64,000 nt of DNA from Promethearchaeota archaeon (GTDB lineage: Archaea; Asgardarchaeota; Lokiarchaeia; Sigyniarchaeales; SOKP01). A program made the translations under genes and the position numbers. Every line of letters begins with the position of its first letter. The stretch's first letter is position 1. The notes under the pieces were generated by a model. It did not search any database. It saw only the letters and a list, made by a program, of their open reading frames with translations, and was not told where the DNA came from. Below are positions 9,899-20,431 of the stretch, one piece after another. The stretch spans positions 1 to 64,000 of the forward strand of contig JBHLNF010000001.1 in assembly GCA_048937405.1 (NCBI GenBank), in the 5' to 3' direction.

Positions 9899-11632
9899 TT
9901 ATTTTCCATATAATCCTTTACTTTCTTTATAAAGCCCCAATAATTTCATTGCGGGTGGTGTTTCAAAAGCAATTTCAACATCAATAACTGCTGGTTTTTT
10001 TGATTCAATAGCACGTTGTAGAGCTTTTTTTATATCATCAGGTTTACTTATCTTCTCTCCATAACATCCAAATCCTCGAGCAATTTCTGCATAATCTATT
10101 GGTGGAAAATCTACATCACAATATCTTTTACCCAAATTAAGTTTTTGATTTGATTTTATCATACCCCACGAGCAATTATTACCGATTATAATGATTATTG
10201 GAAGATCTAACCTTACTGCTGTTTCCAATTCTTGTACATTAAACATGAAGCTACCATCTCCAGTAATACATATTACTAATTTATCTGGTTTAGCCATTTT
10301 TGCTCCAATAGCATATGGAATCCCTATACCTAAATGACCCATTGAAATAGAGCGATAAAAACTTCTTGGAGGGCGCGGTTTAAGACTTATTAAATCCAAT
10401 GAAAAAAGAAAAATATCTCCACCATCAATAACTAGTTGAGTATCATCAGGGATAAAATCTAAAACTTCATATACAAGTCTGTGGGGTTTCATTGGTAATT
10501 TATTATATTTTAACATTTTTTCGGTTTGTTGCTTATCAATCTTCCTTACATCTTGCAAATATTCATTCCATTGAGACCATTCAGTAACTTTTTCTTTAGG
10601 AAGATTCTTTTCCATTTCTTCTAAAAGTTGATTGATAACAGCTCCAACATCTCCAACTATCGCGACATTTACAGCACGATTTTTACCAATTTCAGTTGGG
10701 TCTATATCAACTTGAATTATTTTTTGATCTTGATTCCAAATAGGGGTAGCGCCATAAATGATTGTATGGTCCCATTTACACCCAAAAGAAAGGATTGTCT
10801 CTGCTTCACTAGCAGCTCTTCTGTAAGCCATTGCTGTCAATTTTCCCCCTACAAAGGTTTTATCAGTTGTAACTGATCCTATTCCACTTAAAGTTGTTCC
10901 AACAGGAATATTGTATGCTTCTGATAACTTATTTACCAAATCATAAGCTTCTGAAGCAATAACACCACCCCCCGCTATTATTAGAGGTTTTTTTGTGGTC
11001 TTTAAAAGCTTAACTGCTTGAAATATAGATTCTTTGTTTCCAGCAGGTCTGAGGAATGGACGGTAATACCTTGGATCTATTATCTTTTTAAAATCATCTT
11101 GCGTAGCTTCCCTAACTAATGCAGTTTCTCTTAATTCAAGAAAAACGGGACCTCTTCTTCCACTCATCGCGGCTTTAATACATCTTTGAACTGCTTGCGG
11201 TATTTCATAGGGATCTTCTACAGAAACTTGTAATTTTGTAATAGGTTTCATTAAACTCATCTGGTCCAAATCTCCTTGGAGTATCCCAATATTATCAAAC
11301 ATTCTTGCGATTTGAGCACCAATTACCAACATTGGTATCGAATCAGCATTTGCTGCTGCAACAGCAGGAATCAGATGAGTGACTCCTGGTCCTGCTGTTC
11401 CTAAACATACACCTATTTCACCAGTTGCTCTTGCCCATGCGTCTGCCATGTGTGCTCCTGCTTGTTCATGCCTTACCATTACCGTGTCAATACCTTCTTC
11501 ACGACCCCAACGCTCAATAGCATCATAAATATTTAGTAATTCCCCTCCGACGATGCCAAATATTTTGCTAATACCTTCCTTTAAAAGGCATTTAACTACT
11601 AAATCCCCACCATCGAATTTTTGTATTTCCAT
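9899..11632 (-). CDS. Thiamine pyrophosphate-dependent enzyme (acetolactate synthase-like / HACL-like)
   Basis: VRHEQAGAHMADAWAR, GPGVTH, GDGSFMF...GNN TPP-binding motif. Confidence 0.92.
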   Translation of the reverse strand: MEIQKFDGGDLVVKCLLKEGISKIFGIVGGELLNIYDAIERWGREEGIDTVMVRHEQAGAHMADAWARATGEIGVCLGTAGPGVTHLIPAVAAANADSIPMLVIGAQIARMFDNIGILQGDLDQMSLMKPITKLQVSVEDPYEIPQAVQRCIKAAMSGRRGPVFLELRETALVREATQDDFKKIIDPRYYRPFLRPAGNKESIFQAVKLLKTTKKPLIIAGGGVIASEAYDLVNKLSEAYNIPVGTTLSGIGSVTTDKTFVGGKLTAMAYRRAASEAETILSFGCKWDHTIIYGATPIWNQDQKIIQVDIDPTEIGKNRAVNVAIVGDVGAVINQLLEEMEKNLPKEKVTEWSQWNEYLQDVRKIDKQQTEKMLKYNKLPMKPHRLVYEVLDFIPDDTQLVIDGGDIFLFSLDLISLKPRPPRSFYRSISMGHLGIGIPYAIGAKMAKPDKLVICITGDGSFMFNVQELETAVRLDLPIIIIIGNNCSWGMIKSNQKLNLGKRYCDVDFPPIDYAEIARGFGCYGEKISKPDDIKKALQRAIESKKPAVIDVEIAFETPPAMKLLGLYKESKGLYGK

Positions 11633-11699
11633 ATTTAGACCTATTGCAAATAAAAATTAAAGTTTTTTATAAAAAGAATTTTAAACTCACTCGTATAAA

Positions 11700-12143
11700 T
11701 TAGAACTCAATTAATTCAAGATAATATCCTAAATAATCCTTAGTGTCTAAAGAATAAAATTTGGTTCTCCCAACTTTTCCTGTTTGAATAACTTCAATAT
11801 TATATAAATCTTTAAAATCTTTAATTAATCTTTCAGTATTTTTAGTATATATACCTAGATGATGTAGTCCTACTTTTCCTTCTTTAAGAAATTCTGAATA
11901 GAGATGATCACCATTAGACTCCAACAATTCAACAATTTCAAATTGTTTACCACCAAAATTTTGCATAATTTTTTTCATTCTAAATTTTGCTTCTTTTCCC
12001 TTGTAGTTTGCTACAGTAGTTTGTTCAACAATATTAATTCTTCCTTTAAAATCGAACAAGTTGTAATATATTTCTGCTGCTTTTTCTATATCTTTCACTA
12101 AAATACCAATTTGATCAAACTTAGGTAATTTCAGATTTGTCAT
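11700..12143 (-). CDS. VOC/glyoxalase-family protein (methylmalonyl-CoA epimerase-like)
   Basis: DQIGILVKDIEKA, FEIVE, GLHHLG, YLELIE. Confidence 0.88.
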   Translation of the reverse strand: MTNLKLPKFDQIGILVKDIEKAAEIYYNLFDFKGRINIVEQTTVANYKGKEAKFRMKKIMQNFGGKQFEIVELLESNGDHLYSEFLKEGKVGLHHLGIYTKNTERLIKDFKDLYNIEVIQTGKVGRTKFYSLDTKDYLGYYLELIEF

Positions 12144-12160
12144 TATAACTTTACCATTTC

Positions 12161-13450
12161 TTATTTCATTGTTTCAGCAAATTTTAATTTACTAATTGGT
12201 TTTCTCAAAGGAAATTCTCCCTTTAGAATCATTGATTTTAATTGTTCAGCTAATTTTATTGCACCATATCTATCTGATTGCCTTAAAACAATAGGGAGTT
12301 TGGAACCTTCAAAATCAATTTTCTTTAAGTCTAATCTAAAAGCATCTGGACATAAATGAGTACAATTTCCACAATTAAAACAACGAGTTCGATCAATTGC
12401 ACTTATTCTTCTATTCCTAACAATGAAAGCATTTGTAGGACATTTATCAATCGCTTTGCATTTCTCACAATTTTTACAGGCATCAGGATCGAATTTCATT
12501 AGAAAATTTTTGTCCCATACATCTCCATATGTAATTTCACCAACTTTTTCTCTTCCAACTAGACTTAAAATTGTTAGAGGAACATCATCATCTGATTTTA
12601 CAATATTATCAAAGATACTCTTATTTAGGATAGGAATTGGGACTGCAATACTACAAATTGGTTCTAATCCATATGAAGTTTTAAAAGCACCCATATATTC
12701 AGGCGACATACCTAAAAATGAAGCGATTGTCATCATATTTGGTTTTTCTATATAATTTCGTGTACCAGGGCCTATAAGATAACCAATATTTCCATTAACT
12801 AATATAGGACTACCAACACCAAAACTGTTAAATTCAAGATCATTTTGAAAAGGATTTAAGGCACCACATCCAGAGAATGTGATTTCTGATTTATTAGGTT
12901 CAAAAGGTAAACAAGAAAATATAGTATCTACTTTATAGGTTTCACAATTAATCATAGCATTATAGTTCTTAATGGCTTGTCTAGTCCCCATTAATTTAGC
13001 AAATTGCATATCTTCTAATTTGATTTCTTTTTCAATAGTTTCACCTTCAGAACTCTTAGCTATGATTTTTACTGGCTTTCCTTCTACAATTTCTCTAAAA
13101 AGAGAACCACCACAATAATTTTCTAATGTCTTACTTTGAGAAGTTCCATATATAATGAGATCTATTATACCTAAATATTCATTTGGGCATGGTCCTGGAA
13201 ATGCTGGTATTCCATTAATTGAAACTTCGATGAATTTTCTTAAGGTTTTGGGTGGTGAAAGACGAAAAGAAAAAATACCCATTATTCCACTCATAAGTGC
13301 TTTAGTTGCTGTTGTTATGATATCAATATCTTCAAACTTAACCTTTTCGCCATTACTGATTCGTTCTATTAAATCTTGAACAGTTAATACAACTACAGAT
13401 CCATTTTCAATCTTTTTTCTGATTTCTGAAAGTTTTCTTCTTTTAATCAC
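12161..13450 (-). CDS. DUF39 + ferredoxin metalloprotein (methanogenesis marker 16-like; aspartate-semialdehyde sulfurtransferase family)
   Basis: DIITTAT, GPCPNEYLG, GCGALNP, two CxxCxxC...CP clusters, LRQSDRYGA. Confidence 0.82.
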   Translation of the reverse strand: MIKRRKLSEIRKKIENGSVVVLTVQDLIERISNGEKVKFEDIDIITTATKALMSGIMGIFSFRLSPPKTLRKFIEVSINGIPAFPGPCPNEYLGIIDLIIYGTSQSKTLENYCGGSLFREIVEGKPVKIIAKSSEGETIEKEIKLEDMQFAKLMGTRQAIKNYNAMINCETYKVDTIFSCLPFEPNKSEITFSGCGALNPFQNDLEFNSFGVGSPILVNGNIGYLIGPGTRNYIEKPNMMTIASFLGMSPEYMGAFKTSYGLEPICSIAVPIPILNKSIFDNIVKSDDDVPLTILSLVGREKVGEITYGDVWDKNFLMKFDPDACKNCEKCKAIDKCPTNAFIVRNRRISAIDRTRCFNCGNCTHLCPDAFRLDLKKIDFEGSKLPIVLRQSDRYGAIKLAEQLKSMILKGEFPLRKPISKLKFAETMK

Positions 13451-13570
13451 TAGAGATCCTCACTCATTTTCAAAAATTAACATTTAAAATATTTACTGAT
13501 AATAAAATTTATTTATTTTTCCATTTCTTAACATAATTATAAAGAGTCAAGCAGTTCTTTTGAGGTTAAT

Positions 13571-14305
13571 TTGTTTTTGTCATATTTTGAATCAAGGTTA
13601 TTAGCAAATTTCGAGAATTTTAATGATATAAAAAAAAAAATAGAATTTTGTGAGAAATTAGGAATTAAAAATATCATTTTAGAACCTACAAACAAAATAC
13701 TATCAATTCCATCAGATATTAAAAGTAGATTAGAATTAGAGAAAAAAATAAATATTTTTTATCGAATAAATTTAAGAGTAACCAATCTCGATGATTTTAA
13801 AAGAAAAATCAGGTATTTTAATAATTTTACTGATATTTTATCAGTTGAATCCATGAAGAAAGAAGTCCAATTGCAAGCAGCGAGAGATTCTAGAGTCGAT
13901 ATAATCTCTTTTTCTAGTCCTGAGATAATAAAAACCCTTACTCCTGGAGTAATTTCACTTATTAAACAAAATAATTCGTATTTAGAATTTTCTCTTGCTC
14001 CACTTATGGAAAAAGTTAAAGTTATTCAATCAAAAAATTTTAGAAATCTATATAGATATTTTCAATTAGCTCTAAAATTAAAGGTAAATTGTATTATTAG
14101 TGGAAATTTTTCTAATATATATGAATTTAGAAATCCAAGAGCATTAATAAGCATATGTCATACCCTTCTAGGAGTTCCTCTAGATAAGGCAAAAGAAATT
14201 TATAAAATTAACCCAATTTTGTTATTAGAGAGAGTTCAAAAACGGATTAACAATAAACTTGAGACAGAAGTAAAAATAATTAGAGGAGGGGAAAAAGATA
14301 GCTAG
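13571..14305 (+). CDS. rnp3: RNase P subunit p30 (Rpp30)
   Basis: AARDSRVDIIS, IISG...RNPRAL, adjacent to Pop5. Confidence 0.82.
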   Translation: MFLSYFESRLLANFENFNDIKKKIEFCEKLGIKNIILEPTNKILSIPSDIKSRLELEKKINIFYRINLRVTNLDDFKRKIRYFNNFTDILSVESMKKEVQLQAARDSRVDIISFSSPEIIKTLTPGVISLIKQNNSYLEFSLAPLMEKVKVIQSKNFRNLYRYFQLALKLKVNCIISGNFSNIYEFRNPRALISICHTLLGVPLDKAKEIYKINPILLLERVQKRINNKLETEVKIIRGGEKDS

Positions 14306-14636
14306 AAAAGAAAGGCAAAGATATATTTTATTTAAAATAATTAAAGAAAATAATATAGATCTAACTCAAAATGCTCTTTTGAAATCAATTTGGCAATCAA
14401 TTTGGCATTATTTTGGATTAAAAGAAGCAAATAAAATTGGTTTATGGCTATTAGATTTTAACTTAGAAAAGGGATATGGAATCATAAGATGTTCTCATCA
14501 GACTAAGGAGATAATTATTTCAGCATTGAGCTTTGTTAGAGAAATCAATGAAACCAATGTGATCTTATCTCCATTAAAAACATCAGGAACGATACGATCA
14601 ATAAAAGAAATAATTAAAAAAAAAAAAAATGAATAA
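14298..14636 (+). CDS. rnp2: RNase P subunit Pop5/Rpp14; likely ATA start
   Basis: RKERQRYILF lies in frame upstream of the called TTG; GIIRCSH and TSGTIRS motifs; in-frame TAA at 14277 and GGAGG upstream of ATA. Confidence 0.85.
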   Translation: MARKERQRYILFKIIKENNIDLTQNALLKSIWQSIWHYFGLKEANKIGLWLLDFNLEKGYGIIRCSHQTKEIIISALSFVREINETNVILSPLKTSGTIRSIKEIIKKKKNE

Positions 14637-14658
14637 ATTTTTTTTAATTTGACTGAAA

Positions 14659-15093
14659 ATGAAACTATATAAATTAACAGAAGCTTACATACAGCGAATT
14701 AATGATTTTCCTACAACTGAGCTTCAAATTTCATTATTAGGTATTAAAGATCCAGATAATTATCCATACCTTTTAATAATACAATCAACCATAGAGAATT
14801 CTATAAAATTATCAATATATCCCTTAAATAAAGAGAAAATTTTAAAAATAACTTTTTCCGGATTTGATTTTTCAAATAAAAATATTAATGATATCTCTAA
14901 AATTCTCCAAAAATATCAGTTGATTCATACAACAGGTGTACTTTTAATTGAGAAGAAATTATTTTATGAATGCTATTTGAATCTAAGTTTAAATGATACA
15001 AAGACTAAAGAACTTAATGTATCTTTAAATAAGATTAAAAATATATTTAAAGAAATAAAAATTGAAGAAATTGGATTAAAAAAAGCAAAGTAA
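14659..15093 (+). CDS. Hypothetical protein (possible ACT-like C-terminus)
   Basis: ORF in the RNase P operon; IHTTG...FYECYL. Confidence 0.65.
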   Translation: MKLYKLTEAYIQRINDFPTTELQISLLGIKDPDNYPYLLIIQSTIENSIKLSIYPLNKEKILKITFSGFDFSNKNINDISKILQKYQLIHTTGVLLIEKKLFYECYLNLSLNDTKTKELNVSLNKIKNIFKEIKIEEIGLKKAK

Positions 15094-15099
15094 TACCTT

Positions 15100-15564
15100 A
15101 TGAACATTTGGAAAGTTTTTTTAAAATTAATGGATGGAGAAGAAAAAGAACTTGAATTAGTTGACGCTAAACCATTATTCGGAGGATATTTAAAAATTAA
15201 AAGAAGTTACTTTAATGCATTATCTAAGACAATAGCTATGACTAAGAAATATTTTACTCAAAAAGCAATAGAAAAAGTAATTGGACCAGATAAAGAAGAT
15301 TGGACACTCAATCCTTGGATGCTAATTATTGTAAAAGATATTGAAAAGAAAAAGCCTTTTTGGTTTTTTATTAAAAGAGAAAAAGACTTATCTGGCTTAC
15401 TTATTGCTATAGGTCCTAAACCATTTGCTCAATATAATACTAAAAATTTACAAGAAGGAAAGCGAGAAACAAAAAAGTTAATAAATTATATTCTTACCTA
15501 TCTAAATAAATTCAATTGCGTTATTATGCTTCCTAACTATCTTCATTTGACCAAAGAGGCCTAA
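15100..15564 (+). CDS. Hypothetical protein
   Basis: 154-aa ORF tightly coupled to the previous gene. Confidence 0.7.
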   Translation: MNIWKVFLKLMDGEEKELELVDAKPLFGGYLKIKRSYFNALSKTIAMTKKYFTQKAIEKVIGPDKEDWTLNPWMLIIVKDIEKKKPFWFFIKREKDLSGLLIAIGPKPFAQYNTKNLQEGKRETKKLINYILTYLNKFNCVIMLPNYLHLTKEA

Positions 15565-15692
15565 ATTCAAACATTCAAATGATGTTATCACTATAATTTA
15601 ATTATATAAACTGTTTTTAATGTAATTATTTAATATATCTAAAGGAATATGCGAAAAATATTAAATTCAAATTTAATTATCAATTTTAATAT

Positions 15693-16535
15693 TTGGTAAT
15701 AGAGAAAATAGAAAAATTGAAAAAAGATGGCTTTTTGATCTTGAAGAAACAAAATTTTAGAGCTCTAATTTGCACTTTTGTTATTAGCGTATGTGTTATA
15801 TCTCTTTTTCTAATATCAAAAGGTTATAGTACAATTAATGAAATTGATTCTGAGATTGGAGAATCTCCCAAAATAGACGGATATATAGATCTTACATCCT
15901 CAGAATGGAGTAAAGCCACAAGTGAAGATTTATCCTTGGAGGATTTCCCTATTAATTTAAAGGTACTGCAAAATGAAGAAAACCTCTATATATCAGTTCA
16001 ATTTGATTTAGAGGTTGAATATCATAGTATAGATGAATTTATAGCGTTAATTATTTCCAACAGTTCTTCTACAAATGAAGATGAATTTATTGATGCTAAA
16101 ATCATTCAATTTACTAATATTTCAAGTAATGAATATATTTATTCGGATTATTATATCGATAATGGAAATTTTTTAAACGATACAATTCAAGATGGAGATG
16201 GAGCTGCAAGCTTAGAGGATGGTACTTCTACATATGAATTCTCTATTCCGATAAGAGGTTTACTAACAAATGAACAAGATGCAGAATTAGATTTTGATAA
16301 TACTTATGCCTTTAATATTACTTATGGTGAAACATCAAATTACCAAACAGGAGTAAAAAAAAGCAGTATAATACTCATCAATATCAAACCAATTCAGAAT
16401 TCAAAAATATTATCGATGGATTTAGCGTTATTGATAATAATTATTGTAATTTTTAGCTTCCTAGGAATTCTCTATTGTTATTATATTATACAAGTATTTA
16501 GATTAAAAGAAAAGATAAAAAGAATCAAAAGATAA
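15693..16535 (+). CDS. Membrane-anchored extracellular protein with DOMON/CBM9-like domain
   Basis: Signal/TM segment, PKIDG...SEW, ENLYISV, YEFSIP, C-terminal TM and basic tail. Confidence 0.65.
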   Translation: MVIEKIEKLKKDGFLILKKQNFRALICTFVISVCVISLFLISKGYSTINEIDSEIGESPKIDGYIDLTSSEWSKATSEDLSLEDFPINLKVLQNEENLYISVQFDLEVEYHSIDEFIALIISNSSSTNEDEFIDAKIIQFTNISSNEYIYSDYYIDNGNFLNDTIQDGDGAASLEDGTSTYEFSIPIRGLLTNEQDAELDFDNTYAFNITYGETSNYQTGVKKSSIILINIKPIQNSKILSMDLALLIIIIVIFSFLGILYCYYIIQVFRLKEKIKRIKR

Positions 16536-16536
16536 T

Positions 16537-16953
16537 ATGTCAAAAATACCTAAACAACCAAAAGAAAAGAAAGATTTAAAGGGAGAAATTCAAACTGACG
16601 AACAATTTGCATATAGATCTATACTAATATGTGCAATATTAGGAGGTATTTTTTATATAACTTCGATTTTATTCAATATTGAAATTATACCCATATTCCT
16701 AAATATCAATTCATTTTGGAATATAATTTTTATAATTTTAAGAATAATTATAATACTATTGTTTTTTTTATTCATGACAACCAGTATAGGTAATTACAAA
16801 GAATTAATTGGCAAACCATTAAATTGGAAAGAATTACTTTTAATATTTATACTCTCAATTGGACAATCAATCTTAAATCCTATAGTTTTTGTCTTTTCTC
16901 TTATTGGGCTTATAATTATTATACTATATTTATATATAGTACAGGAAATGTGA
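16537..16953 (+). CDS. Integral membrane protein
   Basis: About 4 hydrophobic helices; coupled to neighbouring genes. Confidence 0.7.
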   Translation: MSKIPKQPKEKKDLKGEIQTDEQFAYRSILICAILGGIFYITSILFNIEIIPIFLNINSFWNIIFIILRIIIILLFFLFMTTSIGNYKELIGKPLNWKELLLIFILSIGQSILNPIVFVFSLIGLIIIILYLYIVQEM

Positions 16954-16980
16954 ATCATTATTTTATGATTATTATCAACT

Positions 16981-17724
16981 ATGCATTCAAGTATATTATA
17001 TATTGGTCATAGAGGGACAAGAGTCAATGCTGATGAAAATACAATCGAATCTTTTAAGAAGGCTTTAGAATTTGGAGCAAACTATATCGAATTCGATGTG
17101 AGAAAAACCAAAGATGGAAAAGTAATAATACTACATGATTCAACTCTAGATAGAACTACGAATGGTTCAGGATTAATTAAAAATTTTAATTATAATGAAT
17201 TATTAAAATTTCGAACAAAGAATCATAATTTAAAAATCCCTCTCTTATCTCAGACTATAAAGATTTTAAAAGGGAGAATTAAGTTTATGATTGATTTGAA
17301 AGAGGAGGGTATAGTAGATAAAATATTAGATATGGTTAATAACTTTAAATTATTAGATGATTGTATTTTTAGTGGGAGGAATTTATCAGTTTTAGAAGAT
17401 ATAAAATCAACTTACCCAGATAGCAAGATTTGTTATAATATTACAAAAGGATTAGAATTAAAAATCAACGAATTTTTAAACTCAAATAAACTTGAAAAGT
17501 TGAATTTTAAACCAGATATGATTAGTTTACGCTCTAATATGGTAAATATTAAGTTTATTCAAAAATGTCGCTTGAATGATATAAAATCATTAGCGTGGGA
17601 TTTTATTTCATACAATAATCCTATACAAATCATTAAATCTATGATAAATATAGGTATTGATGGGATTTTGTTTGATAACTATAAAAATATTAACAAAATC
17701 AAAAGATGGTTTGAAAAGATTTAA
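16981..17724 (+). CDS. Glycerophosphodiester phosphodiesterase
   Basis: GHRG, ENT, IEFDVRKTKDG, HDSTLDRTT, GIDGI. Confidence 0.93.
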   Translation: MHSSILYIGHRGTRVNADENTIESFKKALEFGANYIEFDVRKTKDGKVIILHDSTLDRTTNGSGLIKNFNYNELLKFRTKNHNLKIPLLSQTIKILKGRIKFMIDLKEEGIVDKILDMVNNFKLLDDCIFSGRNLSVLEDIKSTYPDSKICYNITKGLELKINEFLNSNKLEKLNFKPDMISLRSNMVNIKFIQKCRLNDIKSLAWDFISYNNPIQIIKSMINIGIDGILFDNYKNINKIKRWFEKI

Positions 17725-17726
17725 AT

Positions 17727-19781
17727 TTATTTCTTAAATTCTGAGTTTCCACTAGGTAAATAAAGAAGAATTTCATCTATTGATAATAATTTAACCCAAA
17801 TCTTTAAATCTCCATTAATATTCCTAATAAAATAAGATTTAATCTCTTTAGCTAATTGTCCTTTTGTAAAACCACCCGATTTTGATGGAATAATAGTTAG
17901 GATATTTTCAGTTTGCTTTATTATAGCACTTTTAGGACCAGAAATAATCTTGGGATAAAATAATTTACGATTACTACTAGAATCTTCTTTTAATTCAACA
18001 ATTTTTAATCCAATTGCTAATTCTGTTTTCGCATTTTTAATAAAATTCTTTTTGCCAGATATCATAAAAGATCCTTTTGGTAAAGACTCACCAGAGGGAG
18101 GACTTCTTGAAATTTGATCTGGTTTGATATAATAAGTATCTACAACACCCCATGCCTCTTTCCAAGCACGTGAAAAGCTGGCAACAAAATCTGCGGCCTC
18201 TCTGATTGTATTTGTTGGGATATTCTTACTTTCTGTATTTTTAACTACAACTAAGGGAGAACCAGAAAAATTAGTATGAAACACTATATCCATGGGATCA
18301 ATATATTTTTTATAAATAATTTCATTAGAAGTTGCGTCTCTTCCACCTATAATTATATATCCATCAGTAGAGATAAACCATCTAAACTTCTCATACCATT
18401 TTTTCTTTGGCTTTTTTATTAGAAAATCAATTTCAACTTCCAATGCCTCTTTCTCGAGTTCCAATTTATCAAGTTTTTTTTTGGTTTGAGTGATTGCATC
18501 ATAAGTTCCCTCTATTTTTTTATCTGCTTTTTTCCCTTTATAATAGAAATTATTCGCGTTTTCTCCTATGCTTTTCTTTAAATCTATATATACTTCATTC
18601 TCATTAATTTTAATTAAGAGTTGGTTTGTAGAGGGAATAATTTTTTCAAAAAATTCTGATCCATTTAATTTTTCCATTTTTGCAGATTTTAGCTTCGAGT
18701 TAATTTCTTCCCAAGAATATCCTTTTTTCTTCGCATCTAGTAATACATATCTTAATTTTTCCAATGAATCTAGATTGGTAAATATTTCTTCACCTATTTT
18801 ATAGTAATTCTCCTTTTTTTCTTTAAGTTCTTCAAGATATTCTTGTTGGTTTCTTAAAATTTTTTCTTGAGTTTTAATTTGCTTATCAAGTTTATCCTCC
18901 ATTGGATTTTTTAACAACTCAGAATCAACTGTAGAAAAAAATTTATCAACCGCGGTATTAAATGAATCAAAATATTTTCTATCATATCCCTCAAGAATAT
19001 CAATTTCAAAAGGAACTACTGAAATTTGTTTCCCCTCTTGATCAAAAATTATATGAGCTTGCAAATCATTAAATACTAATTTATTTCTTAGATTTTTGAA
19101 GGAATCATATAAATTTTCATAATCTATTTCCGTAAGGTTTTTTCCAACCAAAAATTTTTCAACATTACTCCTGTGGCATATTTCCTCACTATATAAGCCA
19201 GAAATATGGATTTTCCTTGAGAGATCTCTTACTATTTGTACTTCAGAGTTTTTAAATAGTTCAATAAATTCTGCTTTATTTATAGTTAAAAAATTTATTT
19301 CTTGTGATTTGGGAAATTTATATTCCCTTTTAGCTAAAAGTTCTCTATCTCTAAATTTTTTATACTTTTTGGCGATTCTTATGATATTATCTTCATCTAA
19401 CAACAGAAAATTTCCTTTATTAAACAATTCTATAACAAACTTCCATGGTTCTTGATCTCTATTACTTAATTCAATTATAATAATTCTGTCAAAATCATGT
19501 TGATAAATTTTTAAAATCCGTCGATTTTTTAAAAATTTTCTTAGAGACCTAATATATTGACTTGGATAGCTCGGAATTGGATAATCATATTCAGTTAAAT
19601 TAATCCGAGTATCTTTTTTAACAATTAAATTTTTTTTTCCAGAATTCGAGTTAATTCTAATTATCAGTAAATCTTCTATTTCAAATACATTTAAAATTAT
19701 CCCATTATTCAAGATCAAGTCTAATTCTTTAACTATGGCGAATACATCAAAATTCGAAAATTCTCTTCCTAGTTTTAGCAT
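17727..19781 (-). CDS. rqcH: Ribosome quality-control factor Rqc2/NEMF (RqcH, FbpA family)
   Basis: FDRII, IELF..GNFLL, KWYEKFRWFIS, GGRDATSNE, KGSFMISGKKN. Confidence 0.93.
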   Translation of the reverse strand: MLKLGREFSNFDVFAIVKELDLILNNGIILNVFEIEDLLIIRINSNSGKKNLIVKKDTRINLTEYDYPIPSYPSQYIRSLRKFLKNRRILKIYQHDFDRIIIIELSNRDQEPWKFVIELFNKGNFLLLDEDNIIRIAKKYKKFRDRELLAKREYKFPKSQEINFLTINKAEFIELFKNSEVQIVRDLSRKIHISGLYSEEICHRSNVEKFLVGKNLTEIDYENLYDSFKNLRNKLVFNDLQAHIIFDQEGKQISVVPFEIDILEGYDRKYFDSFNTAVDKFFSTVDSELLKNPMEDKLDKQIKTQEKILRNQQEYLEELKEKKENYYKIGEEIFTNLDSLEKLRYVLLDAKKKGYSWEEINSKLKSAKMEKLNGSEFFEKIIPSTNQLLIKINENEVYIDLKKSIGENANNFYYKGKKADKKIEGTYDAITQTKKKLDKLELEKEALEVEIDFLIKKPKKKWYEKFRWFISTDGYIIIGGRDATSNEIIYKKYIDPMDIVFHTNFSGSPLVVVKNTESKNIPTNTIREAADFVASFSRAWKEAWGVVDTYYIKPDQISRSPPSGESLPKGSFMISGKKNFIKNAKTELAIGLKIVELKEDSSSNRKLFYPKIISGPKSAIIKQTENILTIIPSKSGGFTKGQLAKEIKSYFIRNINGDLKIWVKLLSIDEILLYLPSGNSEFKK

Positions 19782-19843
19782 TTTATGTATAGTTTTTAGT
19801 TCATCAATACATATAATGATTTTTATAATAAATAATATTTATA

Positions 19844-20290
19844 ATGATTATGGGAAAGCATAAGAAGGTAGATATTAGAAAAAGAAGACAGAAATACCTA
19901 AAAGAGAGGAAAAAGGAACTTCAGGTAAAAGGAGTCCCAATTGAAAAAAAAACAGCAACAGAATTAGATATTCGTTTAGAAAAGGAAACAAAGTTATATT
20001 GGATCCGAGCTCTCACTGGAGCCCTTAGTTCATTTATAGGAAGAATTATATTTGGATTAATTGGTTGGTTCTTATTTCTGTGGATGCTTTTTTGGTGGTT
20101 TTTATTCCCATTTATAGTAAGTTTTTTTATATATAAATTCGAATATGATAAGGAAGAGTGGAATTGGAAAAATATAATATTACCTGGAATTGGTATTTTT
20201 TTCTTCTTGTTTATGATTGTAGGAGTTTTTCTTCACACAATTCTTTACTTTATACCAAATTTTTCTTCAATTCTTGAGCTTTTTTTATAG
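19844..20290 (+). CDS. Three-TM membrane protein, EMC6/Rab5ip-like
   Basis: LYWIRALTGALS...G...GW pattern and C-terminal GIGIFFFLF...LHT helix resemble EMC6. Confidence 0.5.
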   Translation: MIMGKHKKVDIRKRRQKYLKERKKELQVKGVPIEKKTATELDIRLEKETKLYWIRALTGALSSFIGRIIFGLIGWFLFLWMLFWWFLFPFIVSFFIYKFEYDKEEWNWKNIILPGIGIFFFLFMIVGVFLHTILYFIPNFSSILELFL

Positions 20291-20431
20291 AAAAAATTAA
20301 TTATTTTCCTTAGTTGCAATCATTGTATAACTTTTTTCTCCTTTTAGGGATATTTATAGTTCCTTTTAGTATCAATAAACAATCAATTTAATTCTTTTCC
20401 CTTTTACATTATCTCCTAGTGTTGATAGAGT

